DNA of 64,000 nt from Nitrosopumilaceae archaeon (GTDB taxonomy: Archaea; Thermoproteota; Nitrososphaeria; Nitrososphaerales; Nitrosopumilaceae): the NCBI GenBank assembly GCA_965200155.1, contig CBDATR010000010.1:352001-416000 (forward strand), given 5' to 3'. The notes beneath the pieces are model-generated. The model had not been told where the DNA came from and did no database searches. It saw only the letters and a list, made by a program, of their open reading frames with translations. Within the stretch, counting starts at the first letter, position 1; the number at the start of each line of letters is the position of its first letter. Of this stretch, positions 52,444-62,042 are shown one piece after another. The position numbers and the translations under genes are program-made.

Positions 52444-53484
52444 ATGGCTGATTTACTTACCGTAAAATGGGAGGATGGCAAGGTGGTAATGATAGACCAG
52501 ACCAAGCTCCCTAACCAGCTAGAATATGTCAAGTATGATAACTATGAGGGTGTTGCCGAGGCCATACGTACACTGGTTGTCCGTGGCGCCCCCGCGATTG
52601 GTGTGTCCGCGGCATTCGGGATGGCGCTTGCTGCTAAGAATAGTGCTAGCACTACACTGTCCGGTATCCTGCATGATATGGACGTGGCTAGGGATGCTCT
52701 ACAGGCTACTAGGCCTACGGCAATAAACTTGGTTTGGGCACTGAACCGTGTATATGACTCCGTTGCCGAATGTGATACGATACAAGAGGTGCGGCAGGGC
52801 GCCTTGGATGAGGCGCTGAAGATGGCCCAAGAAGACATTCAGACCAACATGACAATGGGGCAGAATGGTGCCGTATTATTCCAGGATGGTGACTGCATAA
52901 TGACTCACTGCAATGCCGGTGCCCTAGCTACGGTTGCCTATGGTACGGCGCTAGGGGTGATACGCGCCAGTCGGGAATCGGGGAAAAATGTCCGTGTAGT
53001 GGCGACTGAGACAAGACCGGTACAGCAGGGGTCGCGTCTTACAGCGTTTGAGTTGAAGCATGACGGGTTTGATGTGAGCCTGATACCTGATACCGCAGTA
53101 GGTTATACCATGACTACTGGCATGGTGGACAAGGTAGTGGTAGGAGCCGACCGTATTTTATCAACTGGTCACGTATTCAACAAGATAGGCACCTATCAGG
53201 TTGCAGTAATGGCCAACCTTCACAATATACCATTCTACGTGGCCGCCCCCCTGTCTACATTCGACATGAAGAGCGAACCAAATAATGTTACCATAGAGAT
53301 GAGGCAGGGCGCCGAGGTGGCGGGACCCGATGATAGAAGGACGGCTCCCCCGGATATAAACGTGATAAACCCGGCCTTTGACATGACGCCGCCCGAACTC
53401 ATATCTGGTATCATCACCGAGGCTGGCGTAGCTAGACCTCCCTATGAGACTTCGATAAAAGAATTATTCAAAGCTAATTTTTAA
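52444..53484 (+). CDS. mtnA: Methylthioribose-1-phosphate isomerase
   Basis: VRGAPAIG, TRPTAINL, HCNAGALAT, NKIGTY. Confidence 0.93.
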   Translation: MADLLTVKWEDGKVVMIDQTKLPNQLEYVKYDNYEGVAEAIRTLVVRGAPAIGVSAAFGMALAAKNSASTTLSGILHDMDVARDALQATRPTAINLVWALNRVYDSVAECDTIQEVRQGALDEALKMAQEDIQTNMTMGQNGAVLFQDGDCIMTHCNAGALATVAYGTALGVIRASRESGKNVRVVATETRPVQQGSRLTAFELKHDGFDVSLIPDTAVGYTMTTGMVDKVVVGADRILSTGHVFNKIGTYQVAVMANLHNIPFYVAAPLSTFDMKSEPNNVTIEMRQGAEVAGPDDRRTAPPDINVINPAFDMTPPELISGIITEAGVARPPYETSIKELFKANF

Positions 53485-53518
53485 AACCTTTTTATGGTTT
53501 TTAGTCAATTGCAATCCC

Positions 53519-54154
53519 GTGACAGTAAACAGTACAGATGTTGTGAAGTCATTGAGGCAGTGTATGGACCCCGAAGTCCCTCTTAACATAGTGGAGATGG
53601 GTCTTATCTACGGTGTTGATGTTCAATCCAATAACGATGTCAATATCACCATGACCATGACCACTAGGGGATGTCCGTTACACGATACCCTGGTACAGGA
53701 TGTGACCAGGTATGCCAAGAAGGTTCCCGGAGTGAATAATGTGGATGTCAAGATAGTTTGGGATCCCCCCTGGTCCATGGACAGGATGACCGAGGAGGCA
53801 CGGGCAAAGATAAAAGATATGGCCAACGGTGGAAATGGTCCGGCCCCCATGAATTATGAGACTGCAATGCCCCAGGGTGTGGGAAAACTGGTAAAACAGG
53901 AAGACAATTCCCTAGTGCTGGTGAATGAACACGAACAGGGCTTTATGGTGAATCAGGCCATAGTTGACTTTTGGCGATGCTGTAACGGGAAGCGAAAGCT
54001 TACTGATTTGGTGGACGTATTTGCAAAACAGACCGGCCTACAGCGCAGTCAGGTAGAGAAGGAAGTGACCCAACTGATACAGCAATTGCGCGACGGAGGC
54101 TTGGTGGCTATATCTGACCAGCCAGAAGTACCCAACGTATATTTCCGTAGCTAG
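53519..54154 (+). CDS. DUF59/SufT Fe-S assembly protein fused to PqqD-like domain
   Basis: DPEVPLNIVEMGL, MTTRGCP, WDPPW; C-terminal VNQAIVDFW..CNG..QLRDGGLV. Confidence 0.85.
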   Translation: MTVNSTDVVKSLRQCMDPEVPLNIVEMGLIYGVDVQSNNDVNITMTMTTRGCPLHDTLVQDVTRYAKKVPGVNNVDVKIVWDPPWSMDRMTEEARAKIKDMANGGNGPAPMNYETAMPQGVGKLVKQEDNSLVLVNEHEQGFMVNQAIVDFWRCCNGKRKLTDLVDVFAKQTGLQRSQVEKEVTQLIQQLRDGGLVAISDQPEVPNVYFRS

Positions 54155-54795
54155 AACAGATGGGCCGAGCTGGCACCGTCAAAGGTTATGGTAATGCCGG
54201 AGAGATATTTGATGTTTTTCTGCACTATTGTGGCAACAAAGTCTCCTATCTCCCGGGGTTCGCCCATGCGCCCCATGGGTAACTGGCTCACATTCACTCC
54301 CATGTCCTTGACAACCTCTTTTGCGCGGTCTGTGGCTATGAGGCCCGGAGCTATGTCTATACAACTAATGTTACTGGCCGCGGCAACCTTGCTGTATATC
54401 TTGAGTACTTCCACAAAGGCTGCCCTATACGCACTGGACAGCACAAGTACCGGATTGGGCTCCTTCACCACTGATGAACTAATGAGAAAGATGTACCCTC
54501 CGGGATTTACCTTAATTTCACGCAACAGTATGACTAATCCCTTGAAGAGCTGGTCGTGATACCGGTCCCACTCATGATCCGCGACATCATTGAGGGTCTT
54601 GGGAGGGGGACCGCCTGTATTCAGTACCAGAATGTCCGTACTCTTCTGAGTAGTGGCGAACTGTCTCACCGAGTCCATGTCTGCCGTATCTACCTGTTGG
54701 CGTCCTGTAGCTACAACCGTGTAACCTGTATTCTCCAAAGATTCCGCAATGGCCTTGCCTATTCCCTTTGTACCACCCAGAACGATTGCCTTCAT
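54151..54795 (-). CDS. Short-chain dehydrogenase/reductase
   Basis: GGTKGIG, NTGGPP, PGLIAT, PMGRMG. Confidence 0.9.
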   Translation of the reverse strand: MKAIVLGGTKGIGKAIAESLENTGYTVVATGRQQVDTADMDSVRQFATTQKSTDILVLNTGGPPPKTLNDVADHEWDRYHDQLFKGLVILLREIKVNPGGYIFLISSSVVKEPNPVLVLSSAYRAAFVEVLKIYSKVAAASNISCIDIAPGLIATDRAKEVVKDMGVNVSQLPMGRMGEPREIGDFVATIVQKNIKYLSGITITFDGASSAHLF

Positions 54796-54833
54796 GCTCG
54801 TGTACTGACTTTGTGTTTTTAAATTTCTTTGCC

Positions 54834-54898
54834 GTGTGAGTTCATCTACATCACACTATTGCACGACAGATGGTGAAGATTTAGACATGAATTCATAC
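54834..54898. repeat. Degenerate MITE family A relic
   Basis: GTGTGAGTTCAT...TTAGACATGAATTCATAC. Confidence 0.6.
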
Positions 54899-54923
54899 AT
54901 TAGTTTAATGTGACACAAGACGG

Positions 54924-55166
54924 TCAGTCTTCAATCTTTTTTATGTCTGTGGTGGTTGCCAGTACTGAATCCATCTGGACTACCACTCTCGTACTGTCCC
55001 ACCCCAAGGCTACATACCAATCCCCTGCATCTAGGTGGAACTTGGTCTCCAGGGTCTGTACCATATCTGGTGTGACGTCGTATTTTTTTATCACCGCGGA
55101 TATGGCCAGCGCTATGGCATCGCTCTCCTTCTCCAGTCGGCGCTTCATTAATCCTATGCCTGGCAT
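54924..55166 (-). CDS. Conserved hypothetical protein
   Basis: MPGIGLMKRRLEKE..GDWYVALGW. Confidence 0.65.
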   Translation of the reverse strand: MPGIGLMKRRLEKESDAIALAISAVIKKYDVTPDMVQTLETKFHLDAGDWYVALGWDSTRVVVQMDSVLATTTDIKKIED

Positions 55167-55226
55167 GGTAATATCATGAGTGAGGGTGCATATATGTTTG
55201 AGCAAATTCTTGCGTTCTAATACAGA

Positions 55227-55301
55227 AGGGCCCGGAGGGCTTCGATCCCTCGACCTGGCGGTCCGAAGCCGCCTGCACTGTCCAGGCTATGCTACGGGCC
55301 C
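55227..55301 (-). tRNA. tRNA-Arg(TCG)
   Basis: GGGCCCG acceptor stem, GGCGG-CTTCGGA-CCGCC anticodon arm, GAGGG-ATCGAAG-CCCTC T arm. Confidence 0.92.
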
Positions 55302-55345
55302 AATCACCTAGTTAATTAACCGGTCTAAATATCTGTCTTGATACA

Positions 55346-56524
55346 TTGAAAGTGTCAAAGAAGGTGGCCGGAGTAGAATATGCCATACGGGATATAGTAG
55401 CCGCCGCCAGAAAAGTAGAGGATAGCGGCAAGCAGGTGGAGTATCTCAATATCGGGGATCCCGCACAGTATGGTTATCAGCCCCCTTCCAATGTCATAGA
55501 CGCGTACATAGACGCCATCAGGGGCGGGAAAAATTTCTATGCGCCATCTGAGGGGTTGCCAGCTCTCCGCGAAGAGATATGCAAAAAGGAGCGCGCCAAG
55601 GGATTGCGTATGATGCCAGAGGACGTGATTGTAACTAATGGTCTCTCCGAGGCGCTGGATATGGTGACTGCCTCCATAATAGAGTCCAGCGATGAAGTGT
55701 TGTTACCGGGTCCCTACTACCCTCCATATTCCTCGTATGTCAAGCTGCACGGCGGGGTACCTGTGGAGTTTCACGTGGACTTGTTCACAGGAAAGCCCGA
55801 CATGGATGACATGCGCTCAAAGATAACTAGTAAAACCATCGCCATCTGCCTGATAAATCCCAACAACCCCACCGGAATGGTGCTTGATCAAAAGTCCCTG
55901 ACAGACATAGTGAACCTGGCCAACGAGTATGGTCTGTATGTAATATGTGATGAGATATACGACAGTATAACGTATGATAAGCCCTTTGTGGGTATGGGGA
56001 AGGTGGCGGGCGACTCGCCGGTCATAATACTCAACGGGTTCTCCAAAGTGAACCTAATGACCGGATGGCGCCTGGGATATATTGCATTCTCTGACTCGCC
56101 CCATCTGGATAATATAAAGCGGTATCTGCCACAACTGGCTCGTGTCCGCATTGCATCCAACATGCCTGCACAGTATGCCGCCATAGAGTCATTGCGCGGC
56201 CCCCAGACGTATGTGGATAATTTTGTTAACGAGATGCGTAAACACCGGGATATGGTGGTAAGGCGCCTAAACTCCATGCCCGGCATATCCTGCCCTAACG
56301 TCAGTGGGGCATTCTACGTGTTTCCCCGAATAGATGATAACCCGTATGATAGCGATCATGAGTTTGTGCTTAAACTGCTGGAGCGTCAGGGGGTTCTTAC
56401 TGTTCACGGCTCCGGGTTTGGTAACACCTACGGGACGGGCCATTTCCGGCTGGTCTTTCTGCCTCCCCTAAGTACGCTGGAGTCCGCCTTGGACAAGATA
56501 GAGTCATTTATGACCACTGGCTGA
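55346..56524 (+). CDS. Class I/II PLP aminotransferase (alanine/aspartate)
   Basis: NPNNPTG, DEIYD, GFSK..MTGWRLG. Confidence 0.92.
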   Translation: MKVSKKVAGVEYAIRDIVAAARKVEDSGKQVEYLNIGDPAQYGYQPPSNVIDAYIDAIRGGKNFYAPSEGLPALREEICKKERAKGLRMMPEDVIVTNGLSEALDMVTASIIESSDEVLLPGPYYPPYSSYVKLHGGVPVEFHVDLFTGKPDMDDMRSKITSKTIAICLINPNNPTGMVLDQKSLTDIVNLANEYGLYVICDEIYDSITYDKPFVGMGKVAGDSPVIILNGFSKVNLMTGWRLGYIAFSDSPHLDNIKRYLPQLARVRIASNMPAQYAAIESLRGPQTYVDNFVNEMRKHRDMVVRRLNSMPGISCPNVSGAFYVFPRIDDNPYDSDHEFVLKLLERQGVLTVHGSGFGNTYGTGHFRLVFLPPLSTLESALDKIESFMTTG

Positions 56525-56900
56525 GGCCCTGAACCTGTATGGCTATGATGCAGTCCGTATCCTCCAGTAATGATTGGGCGGAGGGGTCCTGTATAGAATC
56601 AAAGTATCTCAAAAGGATGGCCTGCGCCGTCTCCCGTACTGTATCCCGGTCGGTGATTAGGGCTGCCGCACCCTTTCCCATTATGCCGTATAGTGGCGAG
56701 CGTATGCCCTTGTCCACACAGAACGCGGCCTGATGTGAACGGCGTATATTCACCGCTTTTGCAGTACGGGTGTTTGTGCCAATGTATATGGTGTCTCCCC
56801 TGTACATGTACCATACCGGCACCACGTGGGGCATTCCGTGCTGATCCGCGGTAGCCAGGTGCAGTATCTTTTGCCCTCTCAGAAATTCATGCGGGTCCAT
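56508..56900 (-). CDS. PNPOx-like, probably F420-dependent, protein
   Basis: LATADQHGMPHVVPVWY, KAVNI. Confidence 0.85.
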   Translation of the reverse strand: MDPHEFLRGQKILHLATADQHGMPHVVPVWYMYRGDTIYIGTNTRTAKAVNIRRSHQAAFCVDKGIRSPLYGIMGKGAAALITDRDTVRETAQAILLRYFDSIQDPSAQSLLEDTDCIIAIQVQGLSQWS

Positions 56901-57117
56901 TCTTTCTGTATCCCAGTGCTATCATTATGCCACCAAAACATATCATGGCTAGTGATACCTTCTCATTCGTAAAGTCTCCGCTAATGATAAAATCTCCCAC
57001 AAACTCAAACCCCCACAGCGCTACCTGCCGGATAAAAACTATGAGCGCCACTACAATAAACAAAACTCCTATGGCCGTATACCAGTTACGACCACGTCTA
57101 TAGTATAGGGGACTCAA
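56887..57117 (-). CDS. Small membrane protein
   Basis: Two TM helices; overlaps both neighbours. Confidence 0.6.
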   Translation of the reverse strand: MSPLYYRRGRNWYTAIGVLFIVVALIVFIRQVALWGFEFVGDFIISGDFTNEKVSLAMICFGGIMIALGYRKNGPA

Positions 57118-57785
57118 ATTATCTTTATGCCTGGATTCTTTATCTTGTTACGGATCATGGCGTTGAGGAGTATTGGGGTTGCTATCTCTGCCATATATGC
57201 AAGACTTCCGCCTCCCAGATATATGGGCCTTAGTCCCTCTATCTCGTTTATAAGCCCGTTCACGGTCTTGACTGCATCCTTGTTGTCCCCACACACGAAT
57301 ATGTCATAATCCAGGCTACGGTGAGGGTCGGCCAGCTTCTTTTCTGATATTACATGAAATGCCGAGACCAACCTTTGCGGGTTATTCATATGGGCGGCGA
57401 TCATCTGGTGTGCGTAACCCTTGCCGTCCCTGAATGGTACAAACTCAAACCCGGTCGAGGTCTTTTCCATGGGGACTACAGGCGAGACCACTATACACTC
57501 TGAGGGTGCCGCGGAGAGTACGTCTGGACATATTGAATCTATATTTTCGTACGGTATGGAAAGTAGCAATACATCGCTCTCTCTGGCCGCAGATAAATTG
57601 TCCGTACCTCGTATCGTACCATTTATGTTATCATATGACTGGTCGGCAAAGTCCGTATATTCCTTGGCAGCCTGCTCTGCGCGCGAGGCACTGCGTGATC
57701 CAACTATTACATTATGATTCCTGCACCAGCGTATGGCGTAACCCTTGCCCATACCGCCTGTGCCACCTATAATGCCAATGTTCAA
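57114..57785 (-). CDS. npdG: F420-dependent NADP oxidoreductase
   Basis: IGIIGGTGGMG, VGSR, VSAFH, VCGD; TTG start inferred. Confidence 0.88.
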   Translation of the reverse strand: MNIGIIGGTGGMGKGYAIRWCRNHNVIVGSRSASRAEQAAKEYTDFADQSYDNINGTIRGTDNLSAARESDVLLLSIPYENIDSICPDVLSAAPSECIVVSPVVPMEKTSTGFEFVPFRDGKGYAHQMIAAHMNNPQRLVSAFHVISEKKLADPHRSLDYDIFVCGDNKDAVKTVNGLINEIEGLRPIYLGGGSLAYMAEIATPILLNAMIRNKIKNPGIKII

Positions 57786-57834
57786 TACGGCTAATCTGAC
57801 AATGTTCTTATTATCTCTATTCATTAATGGCGCC

Positions 57835-58458
57835 GTGTCCTCTTTGATATTCCTGCGTCATGGTCAGGCGCAAAATAACGTGGAGCAACGCCTAGTTGGC
57901 CGAATGCCAAACATTCCCCTGACTGAGTTGGGTGCACAACAGGCAAGGTATGCTGCAGACTATTTATCGGAGATGAATATATCCAAAATCTATTCCAGTC
58001 CCATACAGCGAACTGTCCAAACTGCACAGATAGTCTCTGAACGCTGTTCTGTGGATATCATACAGGATGACAGGCTTATCGAGATAGATATGGCAAAATT
58101 TGCCGGTATGAAGTATCAGAGTATGTTGCAAAAGTATGGTAACATGTTTCTCAAGTTTTACCAAGGTGATGCACTATTTGATAATGATGACACCGAAACC
58201 TTCAAGAGCGTACAGACAAGAGTCGCTGACTTGGTAAAAGATGTTCTTGAGATGCATCCTGGTGAGAATGTGGTTTTGGTAACTCATATGGATCCCATCA
58301 AGGCTATGCTAACATCTGTGATTAACCTCACTCCCGATAATCTACAAAATCTAATAATTGCCAACGCATCAATAAACATATTTCAGGTATACCAGAACCA
58401 GATCTCGCTGGGTGGCATAAACATAATGGCTCCCTCAAGATTCCGGCATACATGGTGA
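57835..58458 (+). CDS. Histidine phosphatase (phosphoglycerate mutase family)
   Basis: LRHGQ, SSPIQRTVQTA, VTH; GTG start inferred. Confidence 0.9.
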   Translation: MSSLIFLRHGQAQNNVEQRLVGRMPNIPLTELGAQQARYAADYLSEMNISKIYSSPIQRTVQTAQIVSERCSVDIIQDDRLIEIDMAKFAGMKYQSMLQKYGNMFLKFYQGDALFDNDDTETFKSVQTRVADLVKDVLEMHPGENVVLVTHMDPIKAMLTSVINLTPDNLQNLIIANASINIFQVYQNQISLGGINIMAPSRFRHTW

Positions 58459-58602
58459 TGCCTAGCGGTTTTAGATGAACCGCGTACTAGTATGAGTTTG
58501 CATCTTACACAACTTTAGACTCAAACCATATCAATACTGGGGGGCATCGTGCACAAATTCATAGATAAACAATAATCTGCGCAGAAATATGGCTAAAATT
58601 CG

Positions 58603-58966
58603 GTATGAGTTCACGTCTTCCGGAATCTTGTGCACAAAAGAACCGGTTCTTTAACTGTCGCGATCAGTTATGCGTAAATTTAGACACAGGTGAACTCATA
58701 CCTTAACTTTTCTGTTTCACACGAGTCTGTGTGGGAAAACCCATGATACTAGGTCAATTACTCGTATCTAACAACTTGGTTTAGAGGTGCAGGGTGGGAG
58801 AGGTGATTCTGCGCATACGGTCTAATGGAAGACGTGAAAAAATGGAGGCAAGAAATGTCAGAAAAGGGTATGAGTTCACGTCTTCCGGAATATTGTGCAC
58901 AAAAGAACCGGTTCTTTAACTGTCGCGATCAGTTGTGCGTAAATTTAGACACAGGTGAACTCACAC
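58603..58966 (+). mobile_element. Composite of two MITE A variant C copies (58603-58701, 58868-58966) with 166-bp cargo
   Basis: Single 8-bp TSD AAAATTCG outside the pair. Confidence 0.9.
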
Positions 58967-59064
58967 AAAATTCGGTCATAATGAGGCGGCAATCCACACT
59001 TTGGCGTGACTATCCTCCTACTAATGGTAAACTGGCGATTTTGTAAACCATTAAATAGAATCTA

Positions 59065-59334
59065 TTGGGATTTGCAATGTACATGCGGCTCATAACCTGC
59101 ATCCTAATCTTGACGTTTGCGGTATTCCCAATAGGTATGGCTTATGCGGCAACTGATGAGCCCGGGGAGTATTTGGACCGCCGAGCGGAGATATGGAATC
59201 TGTTCTTTAGGATGATGGTTGTGGCATTCACTATAGGCGCAGTGGTAACTGGAACGCTTATCTGGCTCATATGGAGATTCAGGGAGTCCAATCCCAAAGC
59301 TACGCCGACAGAGTTTGAGGGGTCTGATTGGTGA
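59065..59334 (+). CDS. Membrane protein resembling N-terminal TM part of cytochrome c oxidase subunit II
   Basis: IWNLF..TM..WRFRE; overlaps coxB. Confidence 0.7.
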   Translation: MGFAMYMRLITCILILTFAVFPIGMAYAATDEPGEYLDRRAEIWNLFFRMMVVAFTIGAVVTGTLIWLIWRFRESNPKATPTEFEGSDW

Positions 59335-59759
59335 TGACCCACTCGACTTGGTCCGAATGGATATACATAGGCGTAGTGGTTGCGCTACTCTGTTGGGTAG
59401 GTGCCGAGGCATGGAACGTAGAGCGGCTGGTGGAGCACATACCCGAGGATGCAGAGACAATCAAGGTGACTGGGGCACAGTGGTTCTGGACATTTGAACA
59501 TGAGGATGGTACAAAGGAGATCGGAGAGCTCCACTTGGAGACTGGCAAGGCTTATCGCTTTGAAATCACCTCCACTGATGTGATACACTCTTTCAACATA
59601 CATGACTATGTGGTATTGCTGGACGCGGTACCGGGACGGGTCAATACTGTGTGGTTTGCACCCACTGAGGCAGGTGTTTATGACATACAGTGTCGTGAGT
59701 ATTGTGGACTACTGCACTATTCCATGCGTGGAACAGTATTTGTGGAGGATCCAACTTGA
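59328..59759 (+). CDS. coxB: Heme-copper oxidase subunit II (CuA)
   Basis: QWFW, DVIHSF, CREYCGLLHYSM. Confidence 0.95.
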   Translation: MVMTHSTWSEWIYIGVVVALLCWVGAEAWNVERLVEHIPEDAETIKVTGAQWFWTFEHEDGTKEIGELHLETGKAYRFEITSTDVIHSFNIHDYVVLLDAVPGRVNTVWFAPTEAGVYDIQCREYCGLLHYSMRGTVFVEDPT

Positions 59760-59801
59760 AAACAATTTTAAATCGTATATCGATAGGAGCATCTGATTAA
59801 T

Positions 59802-61328
59802 TTGGTTCTTGAGCTTCACAAGCCTCGCCCTATTTGGCAGATTATGTTCTCTACCCACCATACCGATGTTGGGTTACTATACCTCATTACGTCGTTGGCT
59901 TTCCTGTTTCTGGGTGGTAGCCTTGCTTTGGCCATAAGAGCAGAACTGTTCTTTCCGGGCGCTCAGATAATTGGCGACTCGATGACGTTTAATCGTATGT
60001 TCACTGTCCATGGTACTACGCTGATATTTCTGTTCATACTACCATCAGCGTCTGCAGTAGGAAATTACTTTGTTCCAATCATGGTTCGTTACAAGGATAT
60101 GGCATACCCCAAACTTAACGCCATCGCCTTCTGGATGATTCCTCCGGGTGGGGCCCTGATATGGTTGGGCTTTGCCGACTTTACATGGTACGCCAACCCT
60201 CCCTACTCCATAATCAGTGCCCCGGGACCCGCGGCAGACATGTGGATATTCGGGCTCAAGATATTGGGTGTCTCCTCCATACTGGGAGCGATTAATTTTG
60301 TAGTCACAATAATGAAGTGTAAGCATCCGGACATGTCCCTGGGACAAGTTCCCCTCTTGGCATGGTCTTTTCTTTCATCATCACTAATCATACTTGTGGC
60401 ACTACCTACATTTGCAGCAGCACTGCTTATGCTACTTACCGACAGGCTGGGCGTATCGGGCTTCTTTAACCCAGCCATGGGTGGTGATCCCATTGCATAC
60501 GCGCACCTGTTCTGGTTTACATTCCACCCCGAGGTGTATGTCTTGGTCATACCTGCTATTGGAATGATGTACGAGATTGTACCGCGCTTCTCTCGAAGGC
60601 CTATACGAGTATATTCCTCAGGTATTGCAGCATTTGTTCTGCTCTCTATAGTGGGTTTTGCCTCTTGGGCTCACCACATGTATGCCACAGGAATGTCATT
60701 TACCGAGAAGACGGTATTCATGGTAGGAACATTGGCTGCGGTGCCCGCTTCGGCAATGCACGTATTCAACTTGTTGGGCAGTATGTGGAGTGGCCGCATT
60801 CGTTTTGCAACACCCATGATGTGGGCTGTAGGCGGAATAGCACTGTTCTTTTCTGCTGGGGCAGGCGGTGTGGTGAACAGCGCCATGCCACTGGACTTTG
60901 TTACCCACGACTCATACTGGGTTGTAGGGCACTTCCATCTCTTTGTTATGGGTACCATAGCCTTCGGGACTATTGGCTATGTCTACTACATGTTCCCATA
61001 TGTTACTGGTCGTATGTACAACGAGGCCTTGGGCAAGATACACTTTATTCTGTCCATGGTAGGCGCAGTCATGATATTCTTCACACAACACGTGCTTGGC
61101 TTGTACGGTATGCCCCGCCGTGTTTATGATTATCCTCCAATCCCGGAATGGATTGTCATGAACCAGATTGCTACAATAGGCGCAATGCTTATCGGTGTAG
61201 GCATGGTCGTGTGGCTTGCCAATCTCATACACAGCTCCGCCAAGGGTGACGAGGCCAATATGGACGACCCCTTTGGTTTGGGCGGTAAGTACTACTACCC
61301 GCACCAGCAGAAGAACCCCCATCATTAG
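59802..61328 (+). CDS. coxA: Heme-copper oxidase subunit I
   Basis: HPEVY, WAHHM, GHFH, GMPRR. Confidence 0.97.
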   Translation: MVLELHKPRPIWQIMFSTHHTDVGLLYLITSLAFLFLGGSLALAIRAELFFPGAQIIGDSMTFNRMFTVHGTTLIFLFILPSASAVGNYFVPIMVRYKDMAYPKLNAIAFWMIPPGGALIWLGFADFTWYANPPYSIISAPGPAADMWIFGLKILGVSSILGAINFVVTIMKCKHPDMSLGQVPLLAWSFLSSSLIILVALPTFAAALLMLLTDRLGVSGFFNPAMGGDPIAYAHLFWFTFHPEVYVLVIPAIGMMYEIVPRFSRRPIRVYSSGIAAFVLLSIVGFASWAHHMYATGMSFTEKTVFMVGTLAAVPASAMHVFNLLGSMWSGRIRFATPMMWAVGGIALFFSAGAGGVVNSAMPLDFVTHDSYWVVGHFHLFVMGTIAFGTIGYVYYMFPYVTGRMYNEALGKIHFILSMVGAVMIFFTQHVLGLYGMPRRVYDYPPIPEWIVMNQIATIGAMLIGVGMVVWLANLIHSSAKGDEANMDDPFGLGGKYYYPHQQKNPHH

Positions 61329-61333
61329 GTGAT

Positions 61334-61912
61334 ATGAAAATGGATACAGAAAATACACCAATAATGAGAACAAGTGCCGCTAGGACGGGTAAGATGATGG
61401 CCATACTTGTGGGCATTTGTGTTGCAGGTGGCGGCGTATTCTTTGGATTATGGGATTACTGGATATCTGAACCACCTCCAGTACTGGAAGTGATGGGTAT
61501 AGAACCTCCTGCCGTAATGGGTGTGCATACAGGTGATGAAATAGACATCAGGCTCGCCTTTATTGAGGCTTCAAACTTTATTGATTTATCATTCAATGAA
61601 GTTCTTGGGGAGCCCGGTGCCAACCCTGACATATTCGTAAACCCCGGTGACAAGATAAACTTTGAGATAGTTCATGAGGGTGTACTACTACATGCCTTTG
61701 GCGTTACCGGCGTGGACAGTGGTGTTGCAGGCATCTTCCAGGGCTCAGAGGTCGCCTCGGCAGCCAGTCCGCTGACTGCCGGTCAGTCTGGTAACTCCAT
61801 ATTCATACCGCCGGAAGAGGGCATATACTACTACATCTGCACTGTTGCCGGTCATAGGGAACAGGGAATGGTAGGCCGAATAATCGTGGGCGATGTGGAA
61901 ATTCCGGAATAA
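61334..61912 (+). CDS. Membrane-anchored blue copper protein
   Basis: LHAF, YICTVAGHREQGM. Confidence 0.88.
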   Translation: MKMDTENTPIMRTSAARTGKMMAILVGICVAGGGVFFGLWDYWISEPPPVLEVMGIEPPAVMGVHTGDEIDIRLAFIEASNFIDLSFNEVLGEPGANPDIFVNPGDKINFEIVHEGVLLHAFGVTGVDSGVAGIFQGSEVASAASPLTAGQSGNSIFIPPEEGIYYYICTVAGHREQGMVGRIIVGDVEIPE

Positions 61913-62042
61913 GCCCAGTTAATTCCACAATACTATTACAATTATGGGCAATGGCCCAGTCCTTGGATACTATAATATTACACTGCGTATATTGTATGTC
62001 TGTGCGCTTGCCGGAAGCAGACTATGAGGCGATGATATAGTC

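Noticed and set aside
3075-58966. MITE copies as a CRISPR array
   Set aside because: Dispersed, 92-101 bp, both orientations, flanked by TSDs; no regular spacers and no cas genes.
59065-59759. Split coxB as a pseudogene or novelty
   Set aside because: Both ORFs are intact and coupled; as I recall this arrangement is usual in AOA.
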